Assembly: GCA_963727075.1 (NCBI GenBank)
Contig: CAVSET010000003.1
Coordinates: 55,481-119,480, forward strand
Direction: 5' to 3'
DNA length: 64,000 bases
Source: an uncultured Acidimicrobiales bacterium
GTDB taxonomy: Bacteria > Actinomycetota > Acidimicrobiia > Acidimicrobiales > RAAP-2
Shown: positions 1-10,789 of the stretch, in pieces
Position numbering within the stretch: position 1 is the first letter of the stretch
Layout: the number at the start of each line of letters is the position of its first letter
Program-made: the position numbers and the translations under genes
Notes under the pieces: generated by a model
The model's input: only the letters and a program-made list of their open reading frames with translations
Database searches by the model: none
Told to the model about the DNA's origin: nothing

Positions 1-178
<178 letters not shown>

Positions 179-370
179 TCAGTAATGGTCCGAGACTTCG
201 TGAGTGCGGGGTGAGCACACCTCGGCTCAGCTGCACTCGTGTTTCGAATGACAGCCTGATTGCGCCCCTCAGGCTAGGGGACAAGTCGGGTGGGCACAAG
301 GTCGCCCGGCTCGGGACCCCGAGGTGGTCGATCCGCCGTTCCGTGGCCGGCCGGCGACGGCCGGACCTCC

Positions 371-781
371 TCAGCCCAGGTCGGGGAAGAAGAGCCCGAT
401 CTCCCGGACGGCCGACTCCGGCGAGTCCGAGCCGTGGACCAGGTTCTCGCCGGTCTCGGTGGCCAGGTCGCCCCGAATGGTGCCCGGCGCCGCCTCCACC
501 GGGTTGGTGGCACCCATGAGGGTGCGCACGATCTTGAAGGTGTCCTCGGGGCCGTCGACGACCATGACCATCGCCGGGGAACGGGTGATGAAGGCCACCA
601 GGTCGGCGTAGAACGGCTTGCCGTGGTGCTCCGCGTAGTGGGTTCCGGCCACCTCGGGCGTGATGGTCCTCAGCTCGGCGGCCACCAGGCGCAGGCCCTT
701 GCGCTCGATGCGGTCGACGATCTCACCCACCAGCCCCCGCTCGACGGCGTCGGGCTTGCAGATCACCAGGGTGCGTCCCAC
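371..781 (-). CDS. ndk: Nucleoside diphosphate kinase
   Basis: 136-aa ORF with a GTG start. [19 protein letters not shown] and the active-site His block NLVHGSDS are diagnostic of NDK. Confidence 0.95.
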   Translation of the reverse strand: MGRTLVICKPDAVERGLVGEIVDRIERKGLRLVAAELRTITPEVAGTHYAEHHGKPFYADLVAFITRSPAMVMVVDGPEDTFKIVRTLMGATNPVEAAPGTIRGDLATETGENLVHGSDSPESAVREIGLFFPDLG

Positions 782-835
782 GAGCGGGGCAGGCTAGCCG
801 AGGCCCACCCCGACTGTCAGACGGACCGCCGCCGG

Positions 836-2188
836 TCAGGCCCGGTCGTGCGCCAGGAGGTGACGGGCGTCGGCCACCACGTAGAGCGATCCGCACACGA
901 CGACCCGGTCGTCGGCGCTGGCGGTGCTCACCGCCCGGGTGGCGGCCTCACCCGGATCGGACACCACCGTGACCTTCATCCCGAGGGTGGCGGCGGCCGC
1001 GGCCACCTCCTCGGCCGGCAACGCCCGCGGTGAGGAGGGCGCGCAGGCCACCACCGATCGCACCCCGGCGGTGAGGAGTGCATCCAACATGGTGGCCGGG
1101 TCTCGTCCGGTCAGCATGCCGACCACGGCGGTGGTCTCGCCGGCCACCTCGAACTCCTCGACCAGCGACCGGGCCAGCACGATCATCCCGGCCACGTTGT
1201 GAGCCCCGTCCACCACCACCAGAGGGTGACGCCCGATGACCTCGAGCCGGCCGGGCACCCGCACGGAGGCGAGGGCGGAGTCGACCACGTCCTCGGCCAG
1301 GGGGGCGCCGAAGAAGGCCTCCACCGCGGCCACCGCGCACGAGGCGTTCTCTCCCTGGTGGGCCCCGTGCAGCGGCAGCAGGAGCTCCCCGTAGCGCGCC
1401 GCCGGGGTCCGGATGTCGAGCAGGCGGCCGCCGACCGCCATCCGGTTGGCGGTGCAGGCGAAGTCACCCCGGGCCCAGATCTCGGCCGCGCCGACCCCGG
1501 CGGCAGCCCGGCTCAACTGGGCCAGGAGGGTCGGATCGGGCTCGCCGATCACCACCCGGCTCCCCGCCTTGAAGATGCCGGACTTGTCACGGGCGATGTC
1601 CTCCAAGGTGGGCCCGAGCACCTCGGTGTGGTCGAAGCTGACGTTGGTGAGCACGGCCACCTCGGCGTCGACGACGTTGGTGCAGTCCCAGCGCCCGCCC
1701 AGCCCCACCTCGACGACGGCCACGTCCACCGCCTCGTCGGCGAACCAGGCCAACGCCGCCGCGGTGAGCAGCTCGAAACGGGTGGGGCGCTGTTCCATCA
1801 TCTGCTCCAGCCGGGCCAGAGACTCGAGCACCTCGGTCAGTGCCTCGTCATCGATCGGATCGCCGTTGCGCGAGATCCGCTCGTTGACCCGGCTCAGATT
1901 GGGGCTGGTGTAGGTGCCGACACTCAGTCCCTGCGCGCCGAGCAGGGCGGTAGCGATGGCGGCGGTCGAGCCCTTGCCGTTGGTGCCGGTGATGTGCACC
2001 GCCGGGTATGACTCTTCGGGGTCGCCGAGCAGTTCCATCAGGGCACGCATCCGCTCGAGGGTCGGGAGGGAGCGTCGCGACGGCATGGCCGACTCGAAGT
2101 CGATGTGCCCGTCGAGCCACGCCAGGGCTTCGGGCAGGTCGGCGAAGATCACGGCGGCGGTGGACGACCGCTCGGGCGCGGGCGGCAC
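836..2188 (-). CDS. folC: Bifunctional folylpolyglutamate synthase / dihydrofolate synthase
   Basis: 450-aa ORF with the Mur-ligase P-loop [11 protein letters not shown] plus [11 protein letters not shown] and VVDGAHN blocks. Its position between clpX and ndk fits folC. Confidence 0.9.
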   Translation of the reverse strand: MPPAPERSSTAAVIFADLPEALAWLDGHIDFESAMPSRRSLPTLERMRALMELLGDPEESYPAVHITGTNGKGSTAAIATALLGAQGLSVGTYTSPNLSRVNERISRNGDPIDDEALTEVLESLARLEQMMEQRPTRFELLTAAALAWFADEAVDVAVVEVGLGGRWDCTNVVDAEVAVLTNVSFDHTEVLGPTLEDIARDKSGIFKAGSRVVIGEPDPTLLAQLSRAAAGVGAAEIWARGDFACTANRMAVGGRLLDIRTPAARYGELLLPLHGAHQGENASCAVAAVEAFFGAPLAEDVVDSALASVRVPGRLEVIGRHPLVVVDGAHNVAGMIVLARSLVEEFEVAGETTAVVGMLTGRDPATMLDALLTAGVRSVVACAPSSPRALPAEEVAAAAATLGMKVTVVSDPGEAATRAVSTASADDRVVVCGSLYVVADARHLLAHDRA

Positions 2189-2207
2189 GAGACCGTCGGG
2201 ACCGTCC

Positions 2208-3490
2208 TCAGGAGGCGGCCCGACGGCTCCGGGTCGACTTGGCCGGCGGGGTGTTGAGCGGCACCAGGGTCGGATGCACCTTGTCCAGTACCACCGCCCG
2301 GTCCACCACGCACTTGGAGATGTCGGTGCGGCTCGGCAGGTCGTACATCACCTCGAGCAGGACCTCCTCCAGGATGGCCCGCAACCCCCGGGCCCCGGTC
2401 CCCCGCAGCAGCGCCTGTTCGGCGACGGCCTCGAGCGCGTCTTCGGTCAGCTCCAGCTCCACATGGTCGAGCTCGAACACCCGTCGGTACTGCCGGGTGA
2501 GGGCGTTCTTCGGCTCGACCAGGATGCGGATCAGCGCCTCCTTGTAGAGGTGCGACACCGCGCTCACCACCGGGAGGCGACCGATGAACTCGGGGATCAG
2601 CCCGAACTTCATGAGGTCCTCGGGGAGCACGTGGCGCAGGAGCTCCGAGTCGTCCCGCTCCGATGCCTTGCGCACCTCGGCCCGGAAGCCCATCCCCTTG
2701 CGGCCGATGCGGTTCTCGATGATGGTGTCGATGCCGGCGAAGGCCCCACCGCATATGAACAGGATGTTGGTGGTGTCGATCTGGATGAATTCCTGATGGG
2801 GGTGCTTGCGGCCGCCTTGGGGGGGACTGAGGCGGTGGTGCCCTCGAGGATCTTCAACAGCGCCTGCTGCACTCCCTCGCCCGACACGTCTCGGGTGATC
2901 GACGGGTTTTCGGACTTGCGGGCGATCTTGTCGATCTCGTCGATGTAGATGATCCCGGTCTCGGCCCGCTTCACGTCGTAGTCGGCTGCCTGGATGAGCT
3001 TGAGGAGGATGTTCTCGACGTCCTCCCCCACGTAGCCGGCCTCGGTCAGGGCGGTGGCGTCGGCGATGGCAAACGGCACGTTGAGCATGCGGGCCAGCGT
3101 CTGGGCCAGCAAGGTCTTGCCGCAACCGGTCGGCCCCAACAACAAGATGTTCGACTTGGCCAGCTCGACCTCGTTGTCGTGGTTGCCGTTGTTGCCGGCC
3201 TGGACCCGCTTGTAGTGGTTGTAGACCGCCACGGACAGGATCTTCTTGGCGTACTCCTGACCGATGACGTAGTCATTCAGGAACTCGAAGATCTCCTTGG
3301 GCTTCGGCAGCTCCTCGAACGACAGTTCGGTCGTGTCGGCCAGTTCCTCGGCGATGATGTCGTTGCAGAGGTCGATGCACTCGTCACAGATGTACACACC
3401 GGGACCGGCGATCAATTTCTTGACCTGCTTCTGCGACTTCCCGCAGAAGCTGCACTTCACAAGATCGCCACCGTCTCCGAACTTCGCCAC
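2208..3490 (-). pseudogene. clpX: ATP-dependent Clp protease ATP-binding subunit ClpX, frame broken once (likely homopolymer error)
   Basis: ORF 2609-3490 carries the zinc finger (CSFCGK...CDEC) and Walker A (GPTGCGKT). ORF 2208-3125, in another frame, carries the rest ([27 protein letters not shown] ... [11 protein letters not shown]). The junction [10 protein letters not shown]|QGGRKHP lies in a run of 7 G at 2819-2825, and one extra G restores a continuous ClpX. Confidence 0.9.
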
Positions 3491-3700
3491 GTCGGTTCCT
3501 CTTGTCCTCTTGTCAGTGGTCCCTGATGCTCATCCGGGTGTGCTGGTTGTCGTGTCCTGACGCCGGTGCGGAGGGGTCCCCCGGCCCTGGGCCGACCGTA
3601 CCGCAGCAGGACGACACCTTCGCGCCCACATGCTCCGTCCGGCAGCCCGATCACACAACACTAGCGGCTACCCCGCCCCCGGCAGGTCTCCTGCACCGGT

Positions 3701-4354
3701 TCAGGCCGCGCCGACGGCCTCGATGGACACGGAGTCCCTGGCCGTGATGACCTCGTCCACCAGGCCGTAGGCCACCGCCTCCTCGGCGGTCATGATGAAG
3801 TCGCGGTCCGTGTCCTTGGAGACCCGCTCCATGCTCTGGCCGGTGTCGTTGGCCAGCATGCCGTTCAGGAGATCGCGCATGCGGAGGATCTCCTTGGCCT
3901 GCAGCTCGATGTCACTCGCCTGGCCTTCGACCCCGCCGAAGGGCTGGTGCAGGAGGATCCGGGCATGGGGCAGCGCGAAGCGCTTGCCCCGGGTACCCGC
4001 GCCCAACAGCACGGCGGCCGCCGACGCCGCCTGGCCGAAGCAGAAGGTGGACAGGTCGGGCTTGATGTACTTCATCGTGTCGTAGATGGCGAAGAGGGCG
4101 GTGATGTCACCCCCGGGCGAGTTGATGTAGAGGTGGATGTCCTTGTCGGCTTCCTCCGACTCGAGGAAGAGCAACTGAGCGCAAACCAGATTGGCCACCG
4201 TGTCGTTGATGGGCGTGCCCAGGAAGATGATCCGCTCACGGAGCAGCCGGGAGTAGAGGTCGTAGTTGCGCTCCCCCCGGCTGGTCGACTCGACCACCCA
4301 GGGCACGCTGTAGGCCTGTGCACCCATTCCTCCGGTTCCCTCCGTGAATGTCAT
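3701..4354 (-). CDS. clpP: ATP-dependent Clp protease proteolytic subunit ClpP
   Basis: ORF 3701-4447 trimmed to ATG 4354 (MTFTEG...), which overlaps the tig stop as ATGA. The [23 protein letters not shown] and LLHQP blocks match ClpP. Confidence 0.9.
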   Translation of the reverse strand: MTFTEGTGGMGAQAYSVPWVVESTSRGERNYDLYSRLLRERIIFLGTPINDTVANLVCAQLLFLESEEADKDIHLYINSPGGDITALFAIYDTMKYIKPDLSTFCFGQAASAAAVLLGAGTRGKRFALPHARILLHQPFGGVEGQASDIELQAKEILRMRDLLNGMLANDTGQSMERVSKDTDRDFIMTAEEAVAYGLVDEVITARDSVSIEAVGAA

Positions 4355-5697
4355 TCCGAGCCCTCCTCGTCCTGTTCCACGGTCAGATCGTCCCGTGACA
4401 CCGGCTTTCCGTCCTCGTCCACCAGCTCCACGTTGTCGACCAACCAACGCATCGCCTTGGCCTTGCGGCGATCCGAGCGTACCGCCGCCAGCCTGCCGGC
4501 CCGTTCCAACTGCTCCCGTACCTCGTCGACGTCCATTTCCAGGCGCTCACCCATGGCGGCCAGCTCCTCGTCGAGCTCCTCCTCGGTGACCTCGATCCCT
4601 TCCGCGTCGACGACCGCCCGCAGGGCCAGGTCGACCTTCACGCTCTCGAGGGCGCCGGACCGGAGCTCGTCGACGAACGCCTGCTCATCGCGACCGGTGG
4701 CCCCGAGGAACTGAGCAAGGGTCATCCCCTGGCCGTCGAGCCGGTGGGTGAGGTCGTGGATCCGCTCGCGCAGCTCGACGGCCACCAGTTGGTCGGGGAT
4801 CTCCTCGGTGACGAGCTCGGCCAGCGCCTCGGCCGTCTGGCGCTGCAGCGCCATCTGCGCCTGCACCACGTGGCGCTGGCGCAGTCGCGTCTCGAGGTCG
4901 GAGACGAGCTCGTCGACGGTCTCGAACTCCGAGGCTTCGGCGGCCCACTCGTCAGTCACCTCCGGCAGGACGAGCTCTTTGGTGTCCTTCACCAGCACCC
5001 GGAACGTGATGGCCTGGCCCTCGGCCCCGACCGTGGTGTCGAAGCTCAAGATGTCCCCGGCCTTGGCCCCGCGCAGCTGGTCGTCGAGCTCGGGCACCAC
5101 CCCTCCGCCGCCCACCTCGTAGAGGAGATCCTGGGCGTCGAGGTCGTCGTCCTGGTGGCCGGCACGGGGGCCGGTCCTCGTCCCGTGGATGTCGATGGTG
5201 ACCTGGTCCCCGTCCTTTGCCGGTCGCGACACCTCGACGAGCTCGCCCGAGGTGGCCCGCAGGCGGTCGATGTGGGCGTTGACTTCGTCCTCGGTGACCT
5301 CGAGGTTCGGGAGGGTCACCACCAGACCCCGATAGCCGGGGACGGCCACGCTCGGGCGGACCTCGACGACGGCGTCGAAGGAGACCGCGCCGGACTCGTC
5401 CCCCGAGGTGATGTCGATCTCCGGTTGGTCGATGGGGTCGACCTCCGTATCGCTCACCGCCCGGGCATAGAAGCCGGGCAACGCCTCGCGGAGCGCTTCG
5501 CCGCGCAGAGCGGTCGCACCTCCCATCCGCGCCTCGATGACCCGCCGCGGGACCTTCCCCGGGCGGAACCCCGGCACCCGCACCTCACGGGCCAACCGCT
5601 TCATCACCCCGTCCAGGGCCTCGTCGATCTCCACCTCGTCGATCTCGACGGAGAGGCGGACCTTGTTGCCCTCTTCGGGTGCTGCGGTGGCGCGCAT
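4351..5697 (-). CDS. tig: Trigger factor
   Basis: ORF 4351-5721 with a probable start at ATG 5697 ([23 protein letters not shown]). It has the ribosome-binding motif [13 protein letters not shown] and a central FKBP-like region. Confidence 0.9.
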   Translation of the reverse strand: MRATAAPEEGNKVRLSVEIDEVEIDEALDGVMKRLAREVRVPGFRPGKVPRRVIEARMGGATALRGEALREALPGFYARAVSDTEVDPIDQPEIDITSGDESGAVSFDAVVEVRPSVAVPGYRGLVVTLPNLEVTEDEVNAHIDRLRATSGELVEVSRPAKDGDQVTIDIHGTRTGPRAGHQDDDLDAQDLLYEVGGGGVVPELDDQLRGAKAGDILSFDTTVGAEGQAITFRVLVKDTKELVLPEVTDEWAAEASEFETVDELVSDLETRLRQRHVVQAQMALQRQTAEALAELVTEEIPDQLVAVELRERIHDLTHRLDGQGMTLAQFLGATGRDEQAFVDELRSGALESVKVDLALRAVVDAEGIEVTEEELDEELAAMGERLEMDVDEVREQLERAGRLAAVRSDRRKAKAMRWLVDNVELVDEDGKPVSRDDLTVEQDEEGSE

Positions 5698-5802
5698 ATG
5701 AATGCCCGAGTGTACTGGCACCGGAGGCTCCGGCCCTCTGAGCGCTCAGGCCCAGCGGGCCCGCCCCCACCGTCCCGGCCGGGGCCCTCCCCTGTCGCCC
5801 GG

Positions 5803-6675
5803 TCAGGCCATGAACGCCATGGACTCGAGCACCCGGCGGCCGAGGGCGATGTCCCCGTCCATCCGCACGTGTCCACCGGCCATCGCATCGCCGGCCGCCA
5901 CCCGGCCGAATCCCAGTCGCCAGAAGGTGTCCTGATCCATGTCCAAGATCACGGCGGGCTCGCCGCCGGGCGGTGTGTCGTCGATCGAGGCGCGGCCCCC
6001 GGCCACGGACACCGAGATGGATCGCCCGAGGACGCCGGTGACCACGAAGAGCACGCGGGTGCCGTCGGGCGGAGCGACTCGCTTGCCGACCACATAGGGC
6101 ATCGCCCGGGCGCACTGGTCGAGCACGATGTCCTCGACGGGGCCGTTCCGGCCGCCGGGTCGCCCGACGGCACGCCGGATGTCCTGCTCGTGGGCCCAGC
6201 TGTCCAGCACGCGGGTCTCCATGAATCGGCGATGGGGAACCTGGCCGACCGGGCTCCATCCGACCTCGTCGAACTCGGCCGCTCCCATGGCAGCCAGCGC
6301 CCGGAGGCGCTGGTCGGTGACGTCGACGAACTCGGCCAGGACCTCGTCACCGGGGACGGCCCGGCGTGCTTCGATCCATGACTCGTTCACGGCACCGAAG
6401 TCATTGTGCACGTGGGGCGGCAGCTCGGTGAGCGCCGGTGGGGCCGGATCGCCCAGCAGCATGTGCTCGATCCCGATGAGGTGGGAGAGTTGGTCCTTGA
6501 CGGACCAACCGGGGCAGTCGGTCTCCCGCTCCCACTGACCGGCGTCGAGCCGCTCACCCGCCTCGACCACCGACGCCCACACCTGGGCCAGGTGATCGAC
6601 CACCGGCTCGCCGGTCGGGTCGCTCGCCGGGCGGCCGGCGCCCTGTTCGCCCCCGTCCCCCCGGCGGTCCGTCAA
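5803..6675 (-). CDS. Mycothiol-dependent maleylpyruvate isomerase / DinB-family (TIGR03083-type) protein
   Basis: This is the C-terminal ~290 aa of ORF 5803-7059 (...WSVKDQLSHLIGIEHMLLG...DSWAHEQDIRRA...). The upstream part of that ORF overlaps the gpx gene and is Arg/Pro-rich, so it is treated as non-coding. The start is placed at TTG 6675, which overlaps the gpx stop (TTGA), and remains uncertain. Confidence 0.65.
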   Translation of the reverse strand: MTDRRGDGGEQGAGRPASDPTGEPVVDHLAQVWASVVEAGERLDAGQWERETDCPGWSVKDQLSHLIGIEHMLLGDPAPPALTELPPHVHNDFGAVNESWIEARRAVPGDEVLAEFVDVTDQRLRALAAMGAAEFDEVGWSPVGQVPHRRFMETRVLDSWAHEQDIRRAVGRPGGRNGPVEDIVLDQCARAMPYVVGKRVAPPDGTRVLFVVTGVLGRSISVSVAGGRASIDDTPPGGEPAVILDMDQDTFWRLGFGRVAAGDAMAGGHVRMDGDIALGRRVLESMAFMA

Positions 6676-7160
6676 CCGGGAAGGTTGGCTTCGATGGCGT
6701 CGGTCACCTCGGGCGCCTCCGGGTCGACCATGGGGCGGAATCGCTGCACGATCTCGCCGGTGGGTGACACGAGGAACTTCTCGAAATTCCACTGCACGTC
6801 CCCGGCCTCGCCATCGGCGTCGGGGAAGGTGATCAGCTCCTGGTAGACGGGGTGGCGATCGTCGCCGTTGACGTCGATCTTCTCGAACATCGGGAACGTC
6901 ACGCCGTAGGTGGTGGAACAGAACGTGGCGATCTCGTCGGCTGTGCCCGGCTCCTGGGCGCCGAACTGGTTGCAGGGGAAGCCGAGGACGGTGAAGCCCC
7001 TGTCGCCATAGGTCTTCTGCAGCCGCTCGAGGCCCTCGTACTGGGGGGTCAGCCCGCACTTGGAGGCCACGTTGACCACGAGGAGGGTCTGCCCGCGGTA
7101 GTCACCCACCGAGGCCGGTTCCCCGTTCAGGGCATGGAGGGCAGGGTCGTAGATGCTCAT
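6672..7160 (-). CDS. Glutathione peroxidase
   Basis: 162 codons from ATG 7160. VVNVASKCGLTPQY, LGFPCNQFGAQEPG and WNFEKFLV are the three GPx signature blocks. Confidence 0.9.
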   Translation of the reverse strand: MSIYDPALHALNGEPASVGDYRGQTLLVVNVASKCGLTPQYEGLERLQKTYGDRGFTVLGFPCNQFGAQEPGTADEIATFCSTTYGVTFPMFEKIDVNGDDRHPVYQELITFPDADGEAGDVQWNFEKFLVSPTGEIVQRFRPMVDPEAPEVTDAIEANLPG

Positions 7161-7314
7161 GGGCCAAGTGTAGGCCCGAGGCGCCGGGGGCGGCTCGGCC
7201 GAGGAAGCCGATACCGGGCCGCTGACGGCCTGGTAAAGGATTGTCTCCGGCTGGTCGAAGATAGGAGTAGGCGGTGGTCCGGGTTGCGGCGCGCCGAGGG
7301 GTTGATAGCGATCG

Positions 7315-10300
7315 ATGTCCGTGAAGGTTGAGGAGACGAGCCCCCACGCCGAGGGCCGGCGCGAAGTATCCGGATCGGTCGTCAACGCCCTGGCCGGCCT
7401 GGTCCGCGCCCGGTGCGGTGATGCCGGCGTCTCCCAGGCCTTGGCCCTCGCCGGTGAGCGCCGTCCCTTCGCCGAGTTGGGCGACGCCGGGAGGTGGAGC
7501 TCGATCGGCCAGGCGGCCGCGCTGTTCGACGCGGCCGCGCTGGTGACGGCGGACGGGGCCATCGGCCTCCACGTCGGCCGGGCACTGCTCCGGGCCCCCG
7601 TGGACCGGCGGATCGACGGGATCCTCGCCGCCGGCTCGACCGGGGCCGTCCTCCGCCAGATCGGCCCGCTCCTCCGCCATTTCGACGGCACCTCGGAGGC
7701 GGTGCTGCTCGAGGTCGAGGCCGACCACGCCCTGGTCCGGGTGGCCCCGCTCGGCCCGGCGGTGCGGCACGCCCACCTGTGCGAGATGACGCGGGGCCTC
7801 CTCTCCCAGATCCCGGTGGTCTTCGGCGCCGGTCGGGCCCTCATCAGCGAGCCCGAGTGCTGTGCCCGAGGCGGACGCCACTGCCTCTACGCCATCAGCT
7901 GGGACGAACCCTCGCCGGCCGCGGAGCCCGCCCCGGGCTCGCTGGCTCCCCCCGCCGACGCCGACGACGACGCCGACCCGGGAACGGGCGGTTCCCACAC
8001 CGGTCCGTCGGACCCGGTCACCGTGCAATTCGGGTCCGAGCTCGACCGGATGAGGACGCTGATGGAAGGAGCCTTCGCCACCGCCCTCGGGCTCCTCGAC
8101 GACGATGCGGACGGGCTGCTGTCGGAGATCGCGGCCCGGGCCGACGCACTGGTGACCGCGCCGCGGTACCTGTTGATGGTCCGGGTCCGATCCGGGACGC
8201 CGGTCAAGCTCCACTACCGGGGCCTCCCGTCGGACGAAGCCCAGGCCCTGGCGGCCGAGCTCTGGCCCGGGCACCCCGACGACGCCCAGGGCACGCGCCT
8301 GGTCGTGGACATCGCCTCGGGACGCCACCGGTACGGCCGCGCTGGTCGAGCTGGCACCCGCCGGTTCTCCCGTCCCGCCCTCGGAGGCCCGGCTGCTCCG
8401 CCTCTACGCCGACTACGCCGCCACCGCTCTCGACATCCTCGGTGTCCTCGACGATGCCCGTCGCAGCGACACGACCGCCCGGACACTGCTCTCCTTCGCC
8501 GAGAGCCTGTCGCGGATCACCACGCCCGCCGATCTGGTGCAGCTGCTGGCCGACACGGTCCCGGCCGTCGCCGGCTGCGACCGTTCGACCGTGTACCTGT
8601 GGGAGGCGGACTCCGGACAACTGGTGCCGCGGGCCAGAAGTGCCGGAACCCAGCCCCCCGACGCCTACCTGGGGCCCATCGTCCCGCTGGCCGTCCCGGG
8701 GCCCAGTCCGGCCGGCCGGCCGGTGACCGCCTCTGAGGTGGGTCTCCTGAGCGAGGCGAACGGACGGGCACCCGCCACTGTCCCGCCGGAAGCGGCGGCC
8801 GGCCCCCCGGGACGCCGGGACACCGACCCACCTGGGGTGCAGGTCGGCCTGCCCCTGGTCGACCGCCTGATCAACCAGCGAGAGGTCATCGTCATCGACG
8901 AGTCGAACGACGACCCGGTCCTGGGCGACCTCCTGGCCCGCTCGGGCACCGCGGCGTCGGTGGTGACCCCGCTCTTCGCCGCCGGCGAGTTCTTCGGGGT
9001 GATCTCGGCCAACTACGGGGTCGACACACCGACCGAATCGATCCGGGACCCGGACCTCCACGAGCGGCTGTCCGGGCTGGCCGACCAGGCGGCCACCTCC
9101 CTGCAGAACCTCGGCCTGCTGGAGAAGGTGTCGCACATGGCCTGGCACGACGCCCTGACCGGACTGCCCAACCGTCGCCTCTTCCGGGACCGCGTCGAGC
9201 AGGAGCTGGTCCGGTCCCGGCGGGTGGGTGAGCCGGTCTGCATGTTCTTCGTCGATCTCGACTACTTCAAGCGGGTCAACGACACGCTCGGCCATGCGGC
9301 CGGCGACGACCTCATCAGGCAGGTGAGCCAGCGGCTGGTCGACACGGTGAGACAGCAGGACACCGTGGCTCGGGTCGGGGGCGACGAGTTCGCCATCCTT
9401 CTGCCCGGCCTGTCCGAACAGGAGTCGATCGACGAGCTGGCCGAGCGCACCCTCGAGGCCATGAACTTGCCGTTCGTCGTCTTCGGGGATGACGTCGAGA
9501 CCTCGGCGTCCATCGGCGTGGCCATGGCCCCGGAGCACGGCGACACCTACGACGATCTGCTCAACCGGGCCGACGAGGCGATGTACCGGGCCAAGGCGCT
9601 CGGCCGGGACGGCTTCCAGATGTACTCCGGGCCTCCGACCCACCGCCAGGTCGGTTCATCGCCCATCGACCCGGCCACGCTCCGGGTGGAACTGGCGGAG
9701 GCCATCCGGCGCGACCAGTTCTTCGTGCTCTACCAGCCCTACATCGACCTGCGCACCTCCGAGGTGGTGGGGGTGGAAGCGCTGGTCCGCTGGCGCCATC
9801 CGAGGCTCGGGGTTCTCGAACCACCGTCGTTCATCTCGGTGGCCGAGCACAGCGACGTGATCGTGGCCCTCGACTCGTGGGTGCTCGAGCAGGCCTGCGA
9901 GCAGGCTCGCCGCTGGTTCGAGGCCGGGCTCGGGCCGTTCAGGCTGTCGGTCAACCTGGCGTCGCGGGACCTGTCGGACCCCGAGCTGTTCGCCAACGTC
10001 GACCGCACCCTGGCCCGGACGGGGATCGACCCCACGCTGCTGGAGCTCGAGATCACCGAGCGGGTCGTGCTGGACCGGTGGGGGCCGGCCAAGGACAACA
10101 TCGAGCGCCTCCGGCGTCTCGGCGTGCGGTTCACCATCGACGATTTCGGTGCCGGCAACTCCTCCCTCAACCGGATCGGGTCCTTCCCGGTCAGCACCCT
10201 CAAGATCAACCAGTCGTTCGTGCAGGTCCTCGGACCCGAGGGCGAGGACGACTCCCTGGTGTCAGCCATCATCTCGATGGCCGACCGACTCGGGCTGGAC

Positions 10301-10492
10301 TGCGTGGCCGAAGGGGTCGAGACCTCGCAGCAGAGCCGGGTCCTGCTCCAACGCGGCTGTACCACCGCCCAGGGCTACTATTTCAGCCCCCCACTGGCGC
10401 CCGAGGACATCGGGAGGCTGATGGCCACCATCTCCGCCGCCGACGGCCCGGTCATCCTCGGGGACGCCGACGCCGGCCGCCAGCGGGCCTGA
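7315..10492 (+). pseudogene. Multidomain sensor diguanylate cyclase/phosphodiesterase (ligand-binding N-domain, 2 GAF-like, GGDEF, EAL), one frameshift
   Basis: ORF 7315-8736 (frame 1) and ORF 8537-10492 (frame 2) join near 8330-8336 (...DIASGRHRYG|AALVELAPAGSP...). The protein has GGDEF (RVGGDEFAILL) and EAL (VGVEALVRW, DDFGAGNSSL) motifs. The N-terminal ~200 aa end in ECCARGGRHCLYAISW, which looks V4R-like (tentative). Confidence 0.8.
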
Positions 10493-10607
10493 GTGCTAAC
10501 TATTGCAAGCACTTTCGACCGCCATCCCCCCCTGACTCAGCCCGGACCGATACGTTCGGTCCATCCGATCACAGGATGTCCGCCATTTCGCATCACGAGG
10601 AGGAGCC

Positions 10608-10760
10608 ATGGCGTCGTATGAGGGTTACTGCGTGAAGTGTCGTGAGAAGCGGCAGTTCGAGGGCGAAGAGGTCGAGATGGCCAACGGCCGGCGCTCGGCC
10701 AAGGGAAAGTGCCCCACCTGCGGGACGGGGATGAACCGGATCCTCGGAAAGAAGGCCTGA
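10608..10760 (+). CDS. Small zinc-ribbon protein (DUF5679-like), 50 aa
   Basis: Too short for the ORF track. AGGAGG lies 5 nt upstream of the ATG. The product is MASYEGYCVKCREKRQFEGEEVEMANGRRSAKGKCPTCGTGMNRILGKKA, with CxxC...CxxC and good GC3. Confidence 0.7.
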   Translation: MASYEGYCVKCREKRQFEGEEVEMANGRRSAKGKCPTCGTGMNRILGKKA

Positions 10761-10767
10761 ACAGGGT

Positions 10768-10789
10768 GGTCCCCGGCTAGCCGGGGACC
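10768..10789. terminator. Perfect 22-bp palindrome between convergent genes (candidate bidirectional terminator)
   Basis: GGTCCCCGG-CTAG-CCGGGGACC is a 9-bp GC stem with a 4-nt loop. It starts 8 nt after the DUF5679 stop. The ppx stop codon (TAG, 10777-10779) lies in the loop. Confidence 0.5.

Noticed and set aside
290-2011. Long ORFs on the strand opposite ndk and folC (290-1033, 1199-2011, 1413-1913 and similar)
   Set aside because: Their products are Arg/Gly/Pro/His-rich low-complexity sequences. They fully overlap genes with clear family signatures. They are the shadow ORFs expected in high-G+C DNA.
3701-4447. N-terminal extension of clpP to 4447, and the similar extensions of ORFs 5803-7059 and 6672-7844
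   Set aside because: The extensions overlap the 3' ends of upstream genes and are Arg/Gly-rich. Internal starts give proteins of canonical length.
4744-6381. 545-aa plus-strand ORF across tig and the DinB-family gene
   Set aside because: It is antisense to two recognisable genes, shows no motif and has skewed composition, so it is a shadow ORF.
7102-9643. 408-aa and 479-aa minus-strand ORFs (7102-8328, 8204-9643) opposite the GGDEF-EAL sensor
   Set aside because: They are antisense shadows. The plus-strand frames carry GAF, GGDEF and EAL motifs.
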